Assembly (NCBI GenBank): GCA_963813025.1
Contig: CAWEXO010000008.1
Location: 196,515 to 260,514, forward strand
Origin: an uncultured Verrucomicrobiae bacterium
Lineage (GTDB): Bacteria > Verrucomicrobiota > Verrucomicrobiia > Chthoniobacterales > JAFAMB01
DNA: 64,000 nucleotides
Reading direction: 5' to 3'
Part shown: positions 9,901 through 18,949 of the stretch, piece after piece
Numbering within the stretch: the stretch's first letter is position 1
Layout: each line of letters begins with the position of its first letter
Program-made: the position numbers and the translations under genes
Notes under the pieces: model-generated
The model's database searches: none
Told to the model about the DNA's origin: nothing
The model's input: only the letters and a program-made list of their open reading frames with translations

Positions 9901-10814
9901 GTTGCAGGTTTGTAAAGGCTGAAGTCAACGCCCAGCGCATTGCGAAGGATTGTCAGGATCCGTCGGAGATGTCGCGCGCCACCCGCGGCCGAATCGGCCG
10001 GCGTCCCCTGCGGCCTCACCCTCGGCTCCGGTGCTGCGGGCCGCTTTGCGCCCACTTCGCGGTCGCCTTCGGCTGCGTTTGTTCGAATGTACGGATGACC
10101 ATCGATACGCGACAATTCTTTAGCGATCTGCGCCGGCGAGAGAACAAGATCGACGCAGCCGGTCGCCATGGCAGCGGCCGGCATATCGGGATGCTTCGTC
10201 GAGGAAGGCTCCTGGACTAAGACGATTCCACCTTCCGCCTTGATCGCCTCAACCCCTAAAGCGCCGTCGGTGTTTCCGCCCGAGAGAATGATAGCTACGG
10301 CGCGGTTTCGGCGTTCAACGGCTAGACTTCGCAAAAAGATGTCAATCGGCATGTGCTGACCACGGTGTAAGGTGCGTTGCGCCAGCCGAAGTGCACCCCC
10401 TTCAAACGTCATATTCCGGTTGGGCGGAATGACATAGAATTTGTTTGGTTCCACCGTAGTACCTTCCGTTGCCTGAGCGACGGGCAACTTCGATTTTCGT
10501 CCAAGCACTTCGCTGAGGAGACTTTGGTGGTTTGGGTCCAGATGCTGCACAAGCACAAACGCCATGCCAATGCGCTCCGGCAAATGCTCCAGTAGTTCAA
10601 ACAAAGCCTCCAAACCTCCGGCGGAAGCGCCGATCCCAACCACAACTAACCCATCGCTCTTCGAACTGGTTTTCGGTTTTTCCGCACTTTTTACGGGCTG
10701 CCCCTTTCCAGCCCCGCGTTTACGCGTTTTCCCGCGCTTCTCAATGTCAGACGTCTTTCTCTTGCCGGCTCCGGCCGATGCACCGAACCGTGGCTTGCTG
10801 TTTTTCCTCGCCAT
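6987..10814 (-). CDS. CheB-CheR-coiled coil-PAS-HisKA_3/HATPase hybrid kinase
   Basis: CheB GASAGG, VQHL, ILSG..DGA.G; CheR INVTSFFRD, WVPGCSTGEEPYS, SCRNVLIY; NEELQSTNEEL coil; PAS; EQQRIAQDLHDGLGQ; YRIAQEAINNALKH, DDGKG, GMGL. Confidence 0.95.
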   Translation of the reverse strand: MARKNSKPRFGASAGAGKRKTSDIEKRGKTRKRGAGKGQPVKSAEKPKTSSKSDGLVVVGIGASAGGLEALFELLEHLPERIGMAFVLVQHLDPNHQSLLSEVLGRKSKLPVAQATEGTTVEPNKFYVIPPNRNMTFEGGALRLAQRTLHRGQHMPIDIFLRSLAVERRNRAVAIILSGGNTDGALGVEAIKAEGGIVLVQEPSSTKHPDMPAAAMATGCVDLVLSPAQIAKELSRIDGHPYIRTNAAEGDREVGAKRPAAPEPRVRPQGTPADSAAGGARHLRRILTILRNALGVDFSLYKPATVLRRVQRRMALLRIDSTVDYARVLQNNQPEILALHHDILINVTSFFRDPAMFQFLRKHVFPEVFRGRGKSELVRIWVPGCSTGEEPYSIAIVLAEYLGRRRGDFPVQIFATDLSEIALDRAREGTYIENIALDVSSERLRRFFVRTGKSYKISKPIREMVVFARQNLAKDPPFSPLDMISCRNVLIYLGPNLQRKVFPTFHYALRPGGYLILGHSESVGEFTDLFTPLDKKVKVFVRQNNTSRLRLSTGLLAEMKFPQLSIPEGISWSARAARSEGEEEQSLIDLEREASRLLAQRYVPPGMLVTQDLDVLHFFGHRHEFVQPAEGKASLNLHKILKEGLALHVRAAVLAARRQGSGLQKNVYYSDENRTIGVDLEVTPFRQAPGELQYFLVVLREAPERQAEETVVRAEGKRTRATQGKTNERGELERLRHELIATRQYLQNIVEEQDDSNEEIRSANEEILSSNEELQSTNEELETAKEELQSSNEELITVNEELQNGNLELALANNDLSNLLDSVNLAIVMVGADCRIRRFTSTAARLFNLIPSDAGRPFSDIKTNLKTSDLIEMVEDVLSNVGSKEQDVRDQEGRWYRLSIRPYLTPDNKLDGAVITVIDIDPLRKSLEELKGSRDFAEAIVAGMTEPLLVLEGGLLIRSASPGFYEVFQLTPSAIVGKPLATIGGREWADEHLQNLLVEVLERGSRLDRYPVERQFATVGRKRLLLRARQIASDDEEKAFVLLTLEDITERRQIEREILTISDREQQRIAQDLHDGLGQQLTAVGFLAQGLINRIKPQETPGLAEDGKTLLLQVNKAIGIMHDLAHGLHPMQLEPANFKTAMQTMTSNVENLFKIACAFHAFEPFREPKDKQEATHLYRIAQEAINNALKHGKATHLAIDYRFERETGTTLLAIHDDGKGMENIPRRGSETGGMGLQIMRYRADAIRGNLRIESGSGGTTITVTLPAEKEDSGSF

Positions 10815-10909
10815 GACCAACCTTTACCTTCCGCTCCGTACCTGCCGGGCACAAGCGCTGTTTCGCTCTTGGGCGCGTCGGAGTTTAGGCGCGCAAAGCT
10901 TGGAGAACT

Positions 10910-11104
10910 GCCGCGCTCCGCGCGGTCCGAAAGCGGCGACAAGTCGCGCCCACTCCAAAAAGTACGGGTTTGCTGACCTCCGATGTCTCTCATTTGAGAA
11001 AACTATTGGCAAATCGGCGCACTTTTTAGTGACATCTCCTTTCAGACAGCGGGTCTTGGAGTGCGCGCCACTTGTCGCCGCTTTCAGACCACGCGGAGTG
11101 CGGC
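10910..11104. repeat. REP-like inverted repeat pair, family B
   Basis: 10910-10958 (...AAAGCGGCGACAAGTCGCGCCCACTCCAA) and 11056-11104 (TTGGAGTGCGCGCCACTTGTCGCCGCTTT...) are about 49-bp imperfect inverted copies; the same unit occurs at 27831. Confidence 0.8.
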
Positions 11105-11477
11105 CAGGCAAAGAGAGTGGCTGGGACCCCGACAGACCCCGCTATTGAGGCTCGAGATTCGTCACGCTTGGTCGACGACTGGGCCTGCAGAGAACCCGAT
11201 AAAAACGGATTTTTCGCAAACGCCGTCGCTCTGCTCTACGCAATAGTTCGCCGATCAGCAAAGGGTGATCGAAGAGTGTTCGCACGGTGTTCGCGTTCTA
11301 ACATGCTTTATTACACTGTGCTCGCCCTTCCGAAAATCAGGCAAGAGCCTGACCGAAACGTCATCCGCACTCCGGGAATCCGCCCTTTTATTTTCTGAGC
11401 TTGCGCTCCCAGTAAAGGACCGGATAGATCGTTGTTCGGTGCACGCCCAGGGAGGGCCCAGCAACGCACATTGTTTT

Positions 11478-12602
11478 ATGGATCTCATTTGGCTTACACG
11501 CTCGGACGGTCGCTTAATGTCCTCCGGCTTTTTGCTCTGTGCGGCTCTCTCCGGATTTTTCCTGTTCTCTGCCCGCGCGGGCTCTCCCGACGACACGGAC
11601 GTGCTGGACGGCAAAACCCAAGTTCCGCGACCGCAAGTCGAAGCGACCGTTAGCTCGCCAGGTCGGATAACGGCCATCGAGGAAAATCCTACCTTCGCTG
11701 TCGAGGGCAAGGATCGGCACTACACCAACGGCGCCAAACTGGCTTACACGACCGGCCAACTCTCGGACACAAGCTTTTGGAGTCAGCCCATCAAGCTCTT
11801 TAGTGGGTTTCTCTTCAACCGGCCAACCGCCTCAACCGACAACCGGCTCGAATGGACAATCCTGAGCCAAAGCATCTTTACACCAGAAGACCACCGGCGC
11901 CGGATACCGGACCCGAACGACCGACCCTTCGCGGCTTGGCTGCATGGTGGATTCACCTTTATCCAAAACACGGACGACCGTCAGCTAACCTCATTGGATC
12001 TGCAGGTCGGCGTGGTCGGGCCTTGGGCTCTGGGCCGGCAAATCCAGAATGGCGTTCACAGCATTTTTGGCGAAAATTTGGTGCGCGGATGGAGTTACCA
12101 GATCCACAACGAGCCGGGCATCACGATTTCCTGGGATCGGCGATGGCGTTTCAACCATGAACTTCAAGGAAACTATTCGTGGGAGATAATCCCAGACGTT
12201 GGCGCCACAGTGGGCAACGTCTTCACCTACGCCAACGTCGGCGCGCTCGCCCGCATCGGTCGGGGGTTAAAGGCAAACTGGGGCCCCGACACGATCCAAC
12301 CCGGGATCGGCAATACCTCGTATTTCTCCGCCGAACGTTCCGGGACTAACTGGGGTTACGATCTCTATGCCGGAGTCCAGGGACGGGCCGTCGCTCTGAA
12401 CATTTTTTTAGATGGCAACAATTTCAAGGACAGCCGAAGCGTGGCCAAAATACCGGGAGTAGCCGATGGCAGTGTCGGCATCGAGTTCTTTTATCGAGAC
12501 CTTTTGAAGTTTGGTTTCACTCTTACAGTACGCACCCCTGAGTTTTATCGACAACGCGGACCCGACCAGTTCGGCGGATTCAACCTCTTGGTCGGGTTCT
12601 GA
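11478..12602 (+). CDS. Lipid A deacylase LpxR-family outer-membrane beta-barrel
   Basis: Signal peptide, DRHYTNG, QSIFTPED, DRPFAAWL, GVVGPWALG, NIFLDGN, terminal Phe. Start uncertain. Confidence 0.85.
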   Translation: MDLIWLTRSDGRLMSSGFLLCAALSGFFLFSARAGSPDDTDVLDGKTQVPRPQVEATVSSPGRITAIEENPTFAVEGKDRHYTNGAKLAYTTGQLSDTSFWSQPIKLFSGFLFNRPTASTDNRLEWTILSQSIFTPEDHRRRIPDPNDRPFAAWLHGGFTFIQNTDDRQLTSLDLQVGVVGPWALGRQIQNGVHSIFGENLVRGWSYQIHNEPGITISWDRRWRFNHELQGNYSWEIIPDVGATVGNVFTYANVGALARIGRGLKANWGPDTIQPGIGNTSYFSAERSGTNWGYDLYAGVQGRAVALNIFLDGNNFKDSRSVAKIPGVADGSVGIEFFYRDLLKFGFTLTVRTPEFYRQRGPDQFGGFNLLVGF

Positions 12603-12755
12603 GGAGTGTAAGTGCCAGTGTCAGGCCAGTGCCTCGTAAGGCGATTTTAGGATGCCGGTCTTGCCGCGAGGGATAAGCTTTCCAGCCCTGTGGACTCCCG
12701 GAGCGGCAAGGATGCCGATCCTGCTAACACTGACACTAGCACTAGCACTGGAAGC

Positions 12756-13004
12756 CTATGGCCTTACAACCTTAATCTCCAGCGTGCCCCCGTCTTTCAG
12801 GCCGGGATCATCGTCGAAATACACGTGCAAGAGTCGATCGACACGCGTCAACCCGATCACCTTGGTCTCGGTGTCAATCGTCCAGGTCTCCTCGGGGAGG
12901 TGGTGGGTTTCCTCGGGCAACTCCAAAATGACGGTGTACGTCTGATCACTTTTCTGTTTAACCACATTCACGATCTTGGCCGAAATGGTGTCCACAGAGA
13001 TCAT
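12756..13004 (-). CDS. Hypothetical protein (~82 aa)
   Basis: MISVDTISAKIVNVVKQK...LEIKVVRP; globular-looking and co-oriented downstream of cbpM. Confidence 0.55.
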   Translation of the reverse strand: MISVDTISAKIVNVVKQKSDQTYTVILELPEETHHLPEETWTIDTETKVIGLTRVDRLLHVYFDDDPGLKDGGTLEIKVVRP

Positions 13005-13054
13005 GCTTAGCAGAATTCTCAGTCCATGCCGGAGAATTCTGTTAAGCATCATCT

Positions 13055-13390
13055 CTAGCGCCTTAAGAACCTGACCTCTGCGCGCAACTGCTCGATCTCG
13101 CGCATCAGACCAAGCAGCACTTTCAATCCCGCCAGATTCATCCCGAAATCCTCGCGCATCCATTCGATCTGGCGAATGGTTCGAATTGCTTCCTCGTCGA
13201 AGTACCAGCCGCTCTGTTCCGGATTGGAAATCGGCGTGATCAGCCCGTGTTTGCAATAGAGGGCGACAGATCGGCGGGACACTCGGCCAAGATAAGCCGC
13301 GATTTCGATCGAATACCGCGCCGAGGTCATCTGCTCGGCCAATCCGAGGGCCCGAGTAGACCGTTGCGGTGGCGCATCATCGTTCTCCAC
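13055..13390 (-). CDS. cbpM: Chaperone modulator CbpM (MerR-like HTH)
   Basis: YCKHGLITP...WYFDEEAIRTIRQIEWMREDFGMNLAG; directly downstream of the CbpA-type gene. Confidence 0.8.
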   Translation of the reverse strand: MENDDAPPQRSTRALGLAEQMTSARYSIEIAAYLGRVSRRSVALYCKHGLITPISNPEQSGWYFDEEAIRTIRQIEWMREDFGMNLAGLKVLLGLMREIEQLRAEVRFLRR

Positions 13391-13396
13391 GTTTGC

Positions 13397-14383
13397 TTAG
13401 CGTTCCTCTCTTGGATTGAAATGCGACTTGCTTCTCAGTTGTTCCCACAAGGTCCGTTCCTCAGTGGTTAACTTGGTTGGTACGTTAATCTTCACTTCGA
13501 GATAAAGATCGCCGCGATTACCGGACCGGTCGCGGGGAAGTCCTTGACCACGTAACCGCAAGCGACCTCCCGTTCCGGTGCCCGGTGGAACCCGAACTGT
13601 GAGCCGGCCGTTGAGCGTTGGTACAGTCACGCTGGCGCCAAGCGTCGCCTCCCAAGGAGCAACCTCCAGATCCGCGAAGAGATCTGAGCCCTGTACCCGA
13701 AAATCCGGATGAGCCGCGATCCGCACACGCAAATAGATATCTCCCGGCGGGCCACCTCCGAGGCCAGGTTGGCCCTTCCCGGGCACTCGGATGCGTTGAC
13801 CATCTTGAATTCCAATCGGAATCCGCACCCGAAGTGTCTCGGTCTCGGCCTGCCCCGTCCGCGGATTGACTCGTTCCAACGTAATCAGGCGGGTGGATCC
13901 ATGGAAAACCTCGTCCAAGGTAACCAGCAGCTCACCTTCGATATCTTGTCCGGGGGCCTGGAAGCGCTCTCCGAATCTCTCACCGCTCGCTTGGCCACGA
14001 CGGCCGCGCGACGCTCCGCGCTCAAATCCATTGAATCCGCCGCCAAAAAATTGCTCAAAAAAATCACTGAACCCAGTCGATCCACCAAAATGGAACTCGT
14101 ATTGTCCCTCACCGGACCCGGCCGGCTGCGAACCTCGGCCTGTCCGCATCTCGTTTTGCCAATCAGGGCCAAGCTGATCGTACTTCCGCTTTTTCTGCGG
14201 ATCGCTTAGGACCTCGTAAGCTTCATTGATCTCTTTGAATCGCTCCTCGCCGGCCTTCTTATCCTTCGCCACATCCGGATGATATTGGCGGGCCAGCTTG
14301 CGAAACGCTTTCTTAATATCTTCTTCGCTTGCCTGCCGCGGAACACCCAGGATTTCGTAATAGTCCTTGAATTCTACCGCCAC
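13397..14383 (-). CDS. cbpA: Class B J-domain protein, CbpA-like
   Basis: [12 protein letters not shown] motif, FSDFFE, DnaJ C-terminal domain, no Zn finger. Confidence 0.9.
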   Translation of the reverse strand: MAVEFKDYYEILGVPRQASEEDIKKAFRKLARQYHPDVAKDKKAGEERFKEINEAYEVLSDPQKKRKYDQLGPDWQNEMRTGRGSQPAGSGEGQYEFHFGGSTGFSDFFEQFFGGGFNGFERGASRGRRGQASGERFGERFQAPGQDIEGELLVTLDEVFHGSTRLITLERVNPRTGQAETETLRVRIPIGIQDGQRIRVPGKGQPGLGGGPPGDIYLRVRIAAHPDFRVQGSDLFADLEVAPWEATLGASVTVPTLNGRLTVRVPPGTGTGGRLRLRGQGLPRDRSGNRGDLYLEVKINVPTKLTTEERTLWEQLRSKSHFNPREER

Positions 14384-14462
14384 GCGCAACGATGGACGTT
14401 CCAGATTGAACGTTCAATAGCCAAGTGGCGATGATAGGAGGGAGAATTTAGAATCCTCGTAT

Positions 14463-15494
14463 TCAGCTCTCCAACTGGAGCAAATTCGCGCCCACCTGCT
14501 GGATCTGATCAAACCGGCATTGCTTGGGCGCCTTTTCCGGACGCCAGCGCAGCAGGCGTGTCCCGTGCCGGAATCGACCTTCACTAAAATGATCGTAGGA
14601 AACCTCGACTACCAGCCTGGGTGCCAGCGGTTTCCAGTCACCGGATCTTTCCGTGGCCCACCGACTTGGCCCACCCGGCGCTCTGCCGGTAAAACCGGGC
14701 GCTTTGCTTAGTTTTTCCAATTTTTTGGTGAGCGCCGGCCGGTCGGCTGCAGCGACGCTCGAAGTGAACCCGACGTGGTGCAGCAGACCGCTATCATCGT
14801 ATAGACCGAGTAACAAGGACCCGACGTAAGGCTGCTTAGATCCATACCGGAAGCCGCCAACGACACAATCAGCGGTCCGATAGTTCTTGATTTTCTGCAT
14901 CTGGCCGCGTTCACCGGTTTCGTATGAAGCGTCCGTACGTTTTGCCACTATTCCATCTAACCCGGATCCGACTAGCTCGATCCATTGATGCACACGGCCA
15001 ATATCAGAAGTGCAAGGTGACACGCGAATTCCCCCAGCGTTCTTCAGATATTTCCCCACAAAGCGATCGAGCGCGACCCTTCGTCCGCTCAACGGGTGAT
15101 CAACCAGGTGGATGTCCCCGGGGACGACCAGAAGATCAAATGCCACGAAAACGGCTGGCGTTTCCAACGCTAGTTTTCGAATGCGGGAGGCGGCCGGATG
15201 AATTCTTTGCAATAGCGCCTCGAAAGATAAGGTATTCTCGACTGGAATCGTGATCTCGCCATCGAGAATAAAGTCGTCAGCAGTCAAGCGCTCAGTCGCC
15301 TCAACCAGCTCCGGGAAATAACGGGTTAACGGTTTTCCCGCCTTCGATTGTAGATAAATCTGCCCGTCATCCTTGAAAATCAGACAGCGAAACCCATCCC
15401 ACTTGGGTTCGTACTGCCAACCATCACCCTCCGGAATCTGATCAACCGAGTGCGCCTCCATCGGCTCAATCGGAGGGTGGAGAGACAGAGGCAT
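14463..15494 (-). CDS. ATP-dependent DNA ligase (LigC type)
   Basis: YEPKWDGFRC, LDGEI, AFDLL, DGIVAK, RTADCVVGGFR, PGGPSRW, RWRPEK. Confidence 0.92.
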   Translation of the reverse strand: MPLSLHPPIEPMEAHSVDQIPEGDGWQYEPKWDGFRCLIFKDDGQIYLQSKAGKPLTRYFPELVEATERLTADDFILDGEITIPVENTLSFEALLQRIHPAASRIRKLALETPAVFVAFDLLVVPGDIHLVDHPLSGRRVALDRFVGKYLKNAGGIRVSPCTSDIGRVHQWIELVGSGLDGIVAKRTDASYETGERGQMQKIKNYRTADCVVGGFRYGSKQPYVGSLLLGLYDDSGLLHHVGFTSSVAAADRPALTKKLEKLSKAPGFTGRAPGGPSRWATERSGDWKPLAPRLVVEVSYDHFSEGRFRHGTRLLRWRPEKAPKQCRFDQIQQVGANLLQLES

Positions 15495-15566
15495 AAGATG
15501 GCTTTCGTCACAATATTGCACCGCCCGGCTATTTTACACGTGCACGGAAGCAAGCCGATCTAGTGC

Positions 15567-16502
15567 GTGTCATTCCCGCCCGAAAGAACCTCAAGCAAAT
15601 CTCTCGCCCTTCTATTCTCGCTTCCCACGGCAATCCTGGTTCGGTACAAGAGGCATGTGCAACCGGTCCCCTCAAGACGCTCCACATCATCATTCCATCC
15701 GCCGATTTCCCGTTCTCTCCTGTGCCTTTTTCTCACTCTGCTTCTTCTCTCGCCTTTTTACTGGGTCTTGGTGGGCAGTTTCATGTCGCCCCGCGAACTG
15801 TTCGGCTCCGCCTTCCATCTCTGGCCGACGCATCTCGCGCTGCAGAATTGGTCCACCGCGCTCATCCGGCTGCAGCCGCATCTTCTGAACAGCTTGCTCG
15901 TCAGTACTGGGACAGCCGCGCTCACCTTGCTCATTACCGCTCCCGGCGCGTACAGTATCGTCTGGCTGAAGCCGGCCGGGCGCAATCTGCTCTTCGCGTT
16001 CACCATCACGAGTCAAATGCTTCCGGCCATTGTATTCGTTATTCCGCTTTTTATCTTATTCTCCCGGCTCAACCTGGTGAACAACCTCTTCGGCCTAACG
16101 TTGGCCGACCTCACCTTCACCGTACCGTTTGCGCTCGTGATGCTGCGAGCATACCTCCGGGATTTCCCCTATGAATTGGTCGAAGCATCCCTGGTTGATG
16201 GCGCCAGCCACATCCAAGCCTTTTTTCGAGTAGTTCTGCCCATTATCCTTCCGGGCCTGGTTACGGTGGCTATTTTCAGCTTCCTGATCCCTTGGGGCGA
16301 CTTGATTTTTGGACTCAGCTTGATCACCGACCCTGGTTTGCAACCCTTAACGGTCGAACTCTACAAGGCCTTCGGCCAGTATGGTATCGATTGGAGCTTT
16401 CTTTTGCCCGGCAGCGTGCTAACCGCGATTCCCGCCCTGATCTTTGTAACGGCAGCGAGCCGCTTTATTCTGGCCGGACTGACTCGAGGCGCCTTGAAGT
16501 GA
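15567..16502 (+). CDS. Carbohydrate ABC transporter permease (MalG-like)
   Basis: EAA loop ELVEASLVDGAS and multiple TM helices; start uncertain. Confidence 0.9.
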   Translation: MSFPPERTSSKSLALLFSLPTAILVRYKRHVQPVPSRRSTSSFHPPISRSLLCLFLTLLLLSPFYWVLVGSFMSPRELFGSAFHLWPTHLALQNWSTALIRLQPHLLNSLLVSTGTAALTLLITAPGAYSIVWLKPAGRNLLFAFTITSQMLPAIVFVIPLFILFSRLNLVNNLFGLTLADLTFTVPFALVMLRAYLRDFPYELVEASLVDGASHIQAFFRVVLPIILPGLVTVAIFSFLIPWGDLIFGLSLITDPGLQPLTVELYKAFGQYGIDWSFLLPGSVLTAIPALIFVTAASRFILAGLTRGALK

Positions 16503-17449
16503 GTACGCCAGTATCCAACGTACCCCTGCCGGACTTGGCGCTTCGCCAGCGCAACCGCCGTTCGGTCCGGCAACTCCTCCGCGCCCGGCAAGCCTCCTGG
16601 TTAGGATATGCGTTTGCCGCACCCGCTGTTCTCTTTTGTCTGCTCCTGCTCGGATACCCGGTGTTCTACAGCCTTGCTCTCAGTTTCCGCAATGCGACCG
16701 TGGAAACTTTCGTGAGCGGTAACATGCCGTTCAACGGGCTGACACAATATCAGCAAGTGGTAGCGGACCCGGTCTTCTGGAGAGCCACCACCAACACCTT
16801 GCTGTTTACTGTGCTGAGCATCTTTTTCCAGTTTACCATCGGATTTTTGCTCGCCTTATTTTTTCAGAAAAGGTTCCGGCTGAAAAATCTCTGCCTCGCC
16901 CTGCTCCTTATTCCGTGGGTCATCCCGGTACTGACCGCCGCCAACATTTTCAAGGGTCTTTTCAACGAAATCGGGCCGATTAACCAGGTATTGCAAGCCG
17001 TCGGTCTGGGCGCAAAGCCTTGGCTGGCGGAGCCCGGATATGCTATCGCGGCCACGATCGTCGCGAATATTTGGATCGGCTTCCCTTTCAATTTCGTACT
17101 GCTCTACGCCGGTATCCGGAACATCCCGCCCGAAATTTACGAGGCTGCGAAGCTTGACGGCGCATCCTACTGGCGACAGGTGTTCCATATCACCTTTCCT
17201 ATCCTCAAACCAGTGACTGTCGCTGTCTTGCTCCTTGGTACCATCTACACCGTCAAAGTGTTCGATCTGGTCTGGATCATGACCGGAGGCGGCCCTGCAA
17301 ACGGGACCCATCTCCTCTCGACCTATGCGTACCAGACGGGATTTTCGCTTCTGAATTTCGGGCAAGCAGCCGCGATTGGCACCATCATCGTACTTGTCAT
17401 TCTCTTGCTAAACGCCCTCCAGCTTTTACTGCAAAAAATCAACCGATGA
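16499..17449 (+). CDS. Carbohydrate ABC transporter permease (MalF-like)
   Basis: EIYEAAKLDGAS; GTG start overlaps the previous stop. Confidence 0.9.
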   Translation: MSTPVSNVPLPDLALRQRNRRSVRQLLRARQASWLGYAFAAPAVLFCLLLLGYPVFYSLALSFRNATVETFVSGNMPFNGLTQYQQVVADPVFWRATTNTLLFTVLSIFFQFTIGFLLALFFQKRFRLKNLCLALLLIPWVIPVLTAANIFKGLFNEIGPINQVLQAVGLGAKPWLAEPGYAIAATIVANIWIGFPFNFVLLYAGIRNIPPEIYEAAKLDGASYWRQVFHITFPILKPVTVAVLLLGTIYTVKVFDLVWIMTGGGPANGTHLLSTYAYQTGFSLLNFGQAAAIGTIIVLVILLLNALQLLLQKINR

Positions 17450-17568
17450 CGGAACGAAGCTCCCACCCTGAACTGCCTAACGATTCAGCTACACACTCAC
17501 TCGACTCCCTGCTAATTTGTCGTTCCTTGTTTTCCTGTCCACGACAATCAACAAAAGACCACAAATCA

Positions 17569-18801
17569 ATGAACAACCCCCGAACAACCCTACGCACACC
17601 TTGGATTTCTCTTTGCTGTTCTTTCTTGCTCTTGTGTTCCGGCGCCGGTGCCGGCGCCGCCACGACAGTTGAAATCCTCCATTATTTTAATGTCAAAGGT
17701 CAGTTGACTGCTTTGAACGAGATCGCGACAGAGTTCGAGCAGAGCCATCCCGATATTAAGATCCAGTTTACGTACGTTCCGTTCGGTGAACTAGTGAGTC
17801 GAACCCTCCAAACTGCAGCGGTCCACCGGCCGCCAGCAATCTCCTGTATCGATAACCCTGATGTTTTAAGAGTCGCCAAAGCCAATATTCTCGAAGATAT
17901 CTCCGGGGCAGTCGCCCAGTTCCCGCTCTGGAGCGATCTTTATCCGGGTCCAAAGAGCGCGGTCACTGATGGAGCCAAGACCTTTGGAGTGCCGATTGGC
18001 AGCAACAGCCTTGCTCTTTTTTATAACAAGAAAATGCTCAGCGACGCGGGCATCGCCGAGCCGCCGAAGACCTGGGCGGAACTGACTGCGGCGGCGGCGA
18101 AACTGACCAAGAGCCCGGTTTACGGCCTGGCTTTTTCGGCCGTGAACACCGAGGAATCCACTTGGCAGTGGGAGCCTTTCCTCTGGAGTAACGGCGGCAC
18201 GTTGGCCGATCTCACCTCGCCTCAGGCCAAAGAAGCGCTTCAACTGTGGGTCGATCTGGTCAAGAACGGATCAGTTTCGAAAGACGCGGTGAACTGGAAC
18301 CAAGGCGATGTGGCAAATCAATTCATTGGCGGGCATGCCGCCATGATGGTGATGGGCCCGTGGATGCTCGCAGCCGTCAAAGAGAGCGGTATCGATTTCG
18401 GAGTGGTCACGATTCCGGTGCCGAAAGAGGGCGGTAAGCCAGTCGTTCCGCTCGGGGGCGAAGTCTGGTGCGTGCTGAAGACTGACAAAGCCGTCGAGGA
18501 TGCCGCTCTGGAGTTTATCAAGTTCACCCAGGACCCCGACCGGTTGATCAAGCTCTGTCTCACCTTCAACTATGTTTCCTCAGTCCGGAGCGTTGCCAAA
18601 AAACAGGGCGAACAAAACCCGGCACTCCAGCCGTTTGTCTTGCAGATGGATACCGCCCGCGCTCGACCCAGCGAGGGCGGCGCGAATTACCCGGCCATCT
18701 CGTTAGCTGCCCGCACCGCCATCCAAAAAGCTTTAACAGGTCAGGCCACGGTCGAGGCGGCCTTGGCCGAAGCCGCGGCGAAGATCAAGACGATTAAATA
18801 G
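17569..18801 (+). CDS. Sugar ABC substrate-binding protein
   Basis: Signal peptide, FEQSHPDIKI, LFYNKKML, PPKTWAEL, MMVMGPW. Confidence 0.92.
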   Translation: MNNPRTTLRTPWISLCCSFLLLCSGAGAGAATTVEILHYFNVKGQLTALNEIATEFEQSHPDIKIQFTYVPFGELVSRTLQTAAVHRPPAISCIDNPDVLRVAKANILEDISGAVAQFPLWSDLYPGPKSAVTDGAKTFGVPIGSNSLALFYNKKMLSDAGIAEPPKTWAELTAAAAKLTKSPVYGLAFSAVNTEESTWQWEPFLWSNGGTLADLTSPQAKEALQLWVDLVKNGSVSKDAVNWNQGDVANQFIGGHAAMMVMGPWMLAAVKESGIDFGVVTIPVPKEGGKPVVPLGGEVWCVLKTDKAVEDAALEFIKFTQDPDRLIKLCLTFNYVSSVRSVAKKQGEQNPALQPFVLQMDTARARPSEGGANYPAISLAARTAIQKALTGQATVEAALAEAAAKIKTIK

Positions 18802-18914
18802 AGAGCAGTTGCGCAGATCTCAGTCAGTTGAGCGGAGGGAGCGGTGGGAGCGGGTTCAGCGGAGGGAGGTAGCGCGAGAGCGCCGAAGGTTAAAGCTGTG
18901 TAGGCCTCAGACAC

Positions 18915-18944
18915 CCTGACTCCTGACTCCCGACTCCCGACTCC
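18915..18944 (+). repeat. Heptamer tandem repeat (CCYGACT)x4
   Basis: cctgactcctgactcccgactcccgactcc immediately upstream of the GH127 ATG. Confidence 0.7.
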
Positions 18945-18949
18945 TTCCC

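Noticed and set aside
6987..10814. Chemotaxis operon
   Set aside because: No MCP, CheA or CheW genes nearby. CheB-CheR-kinase fusions are a known stand-alone class.
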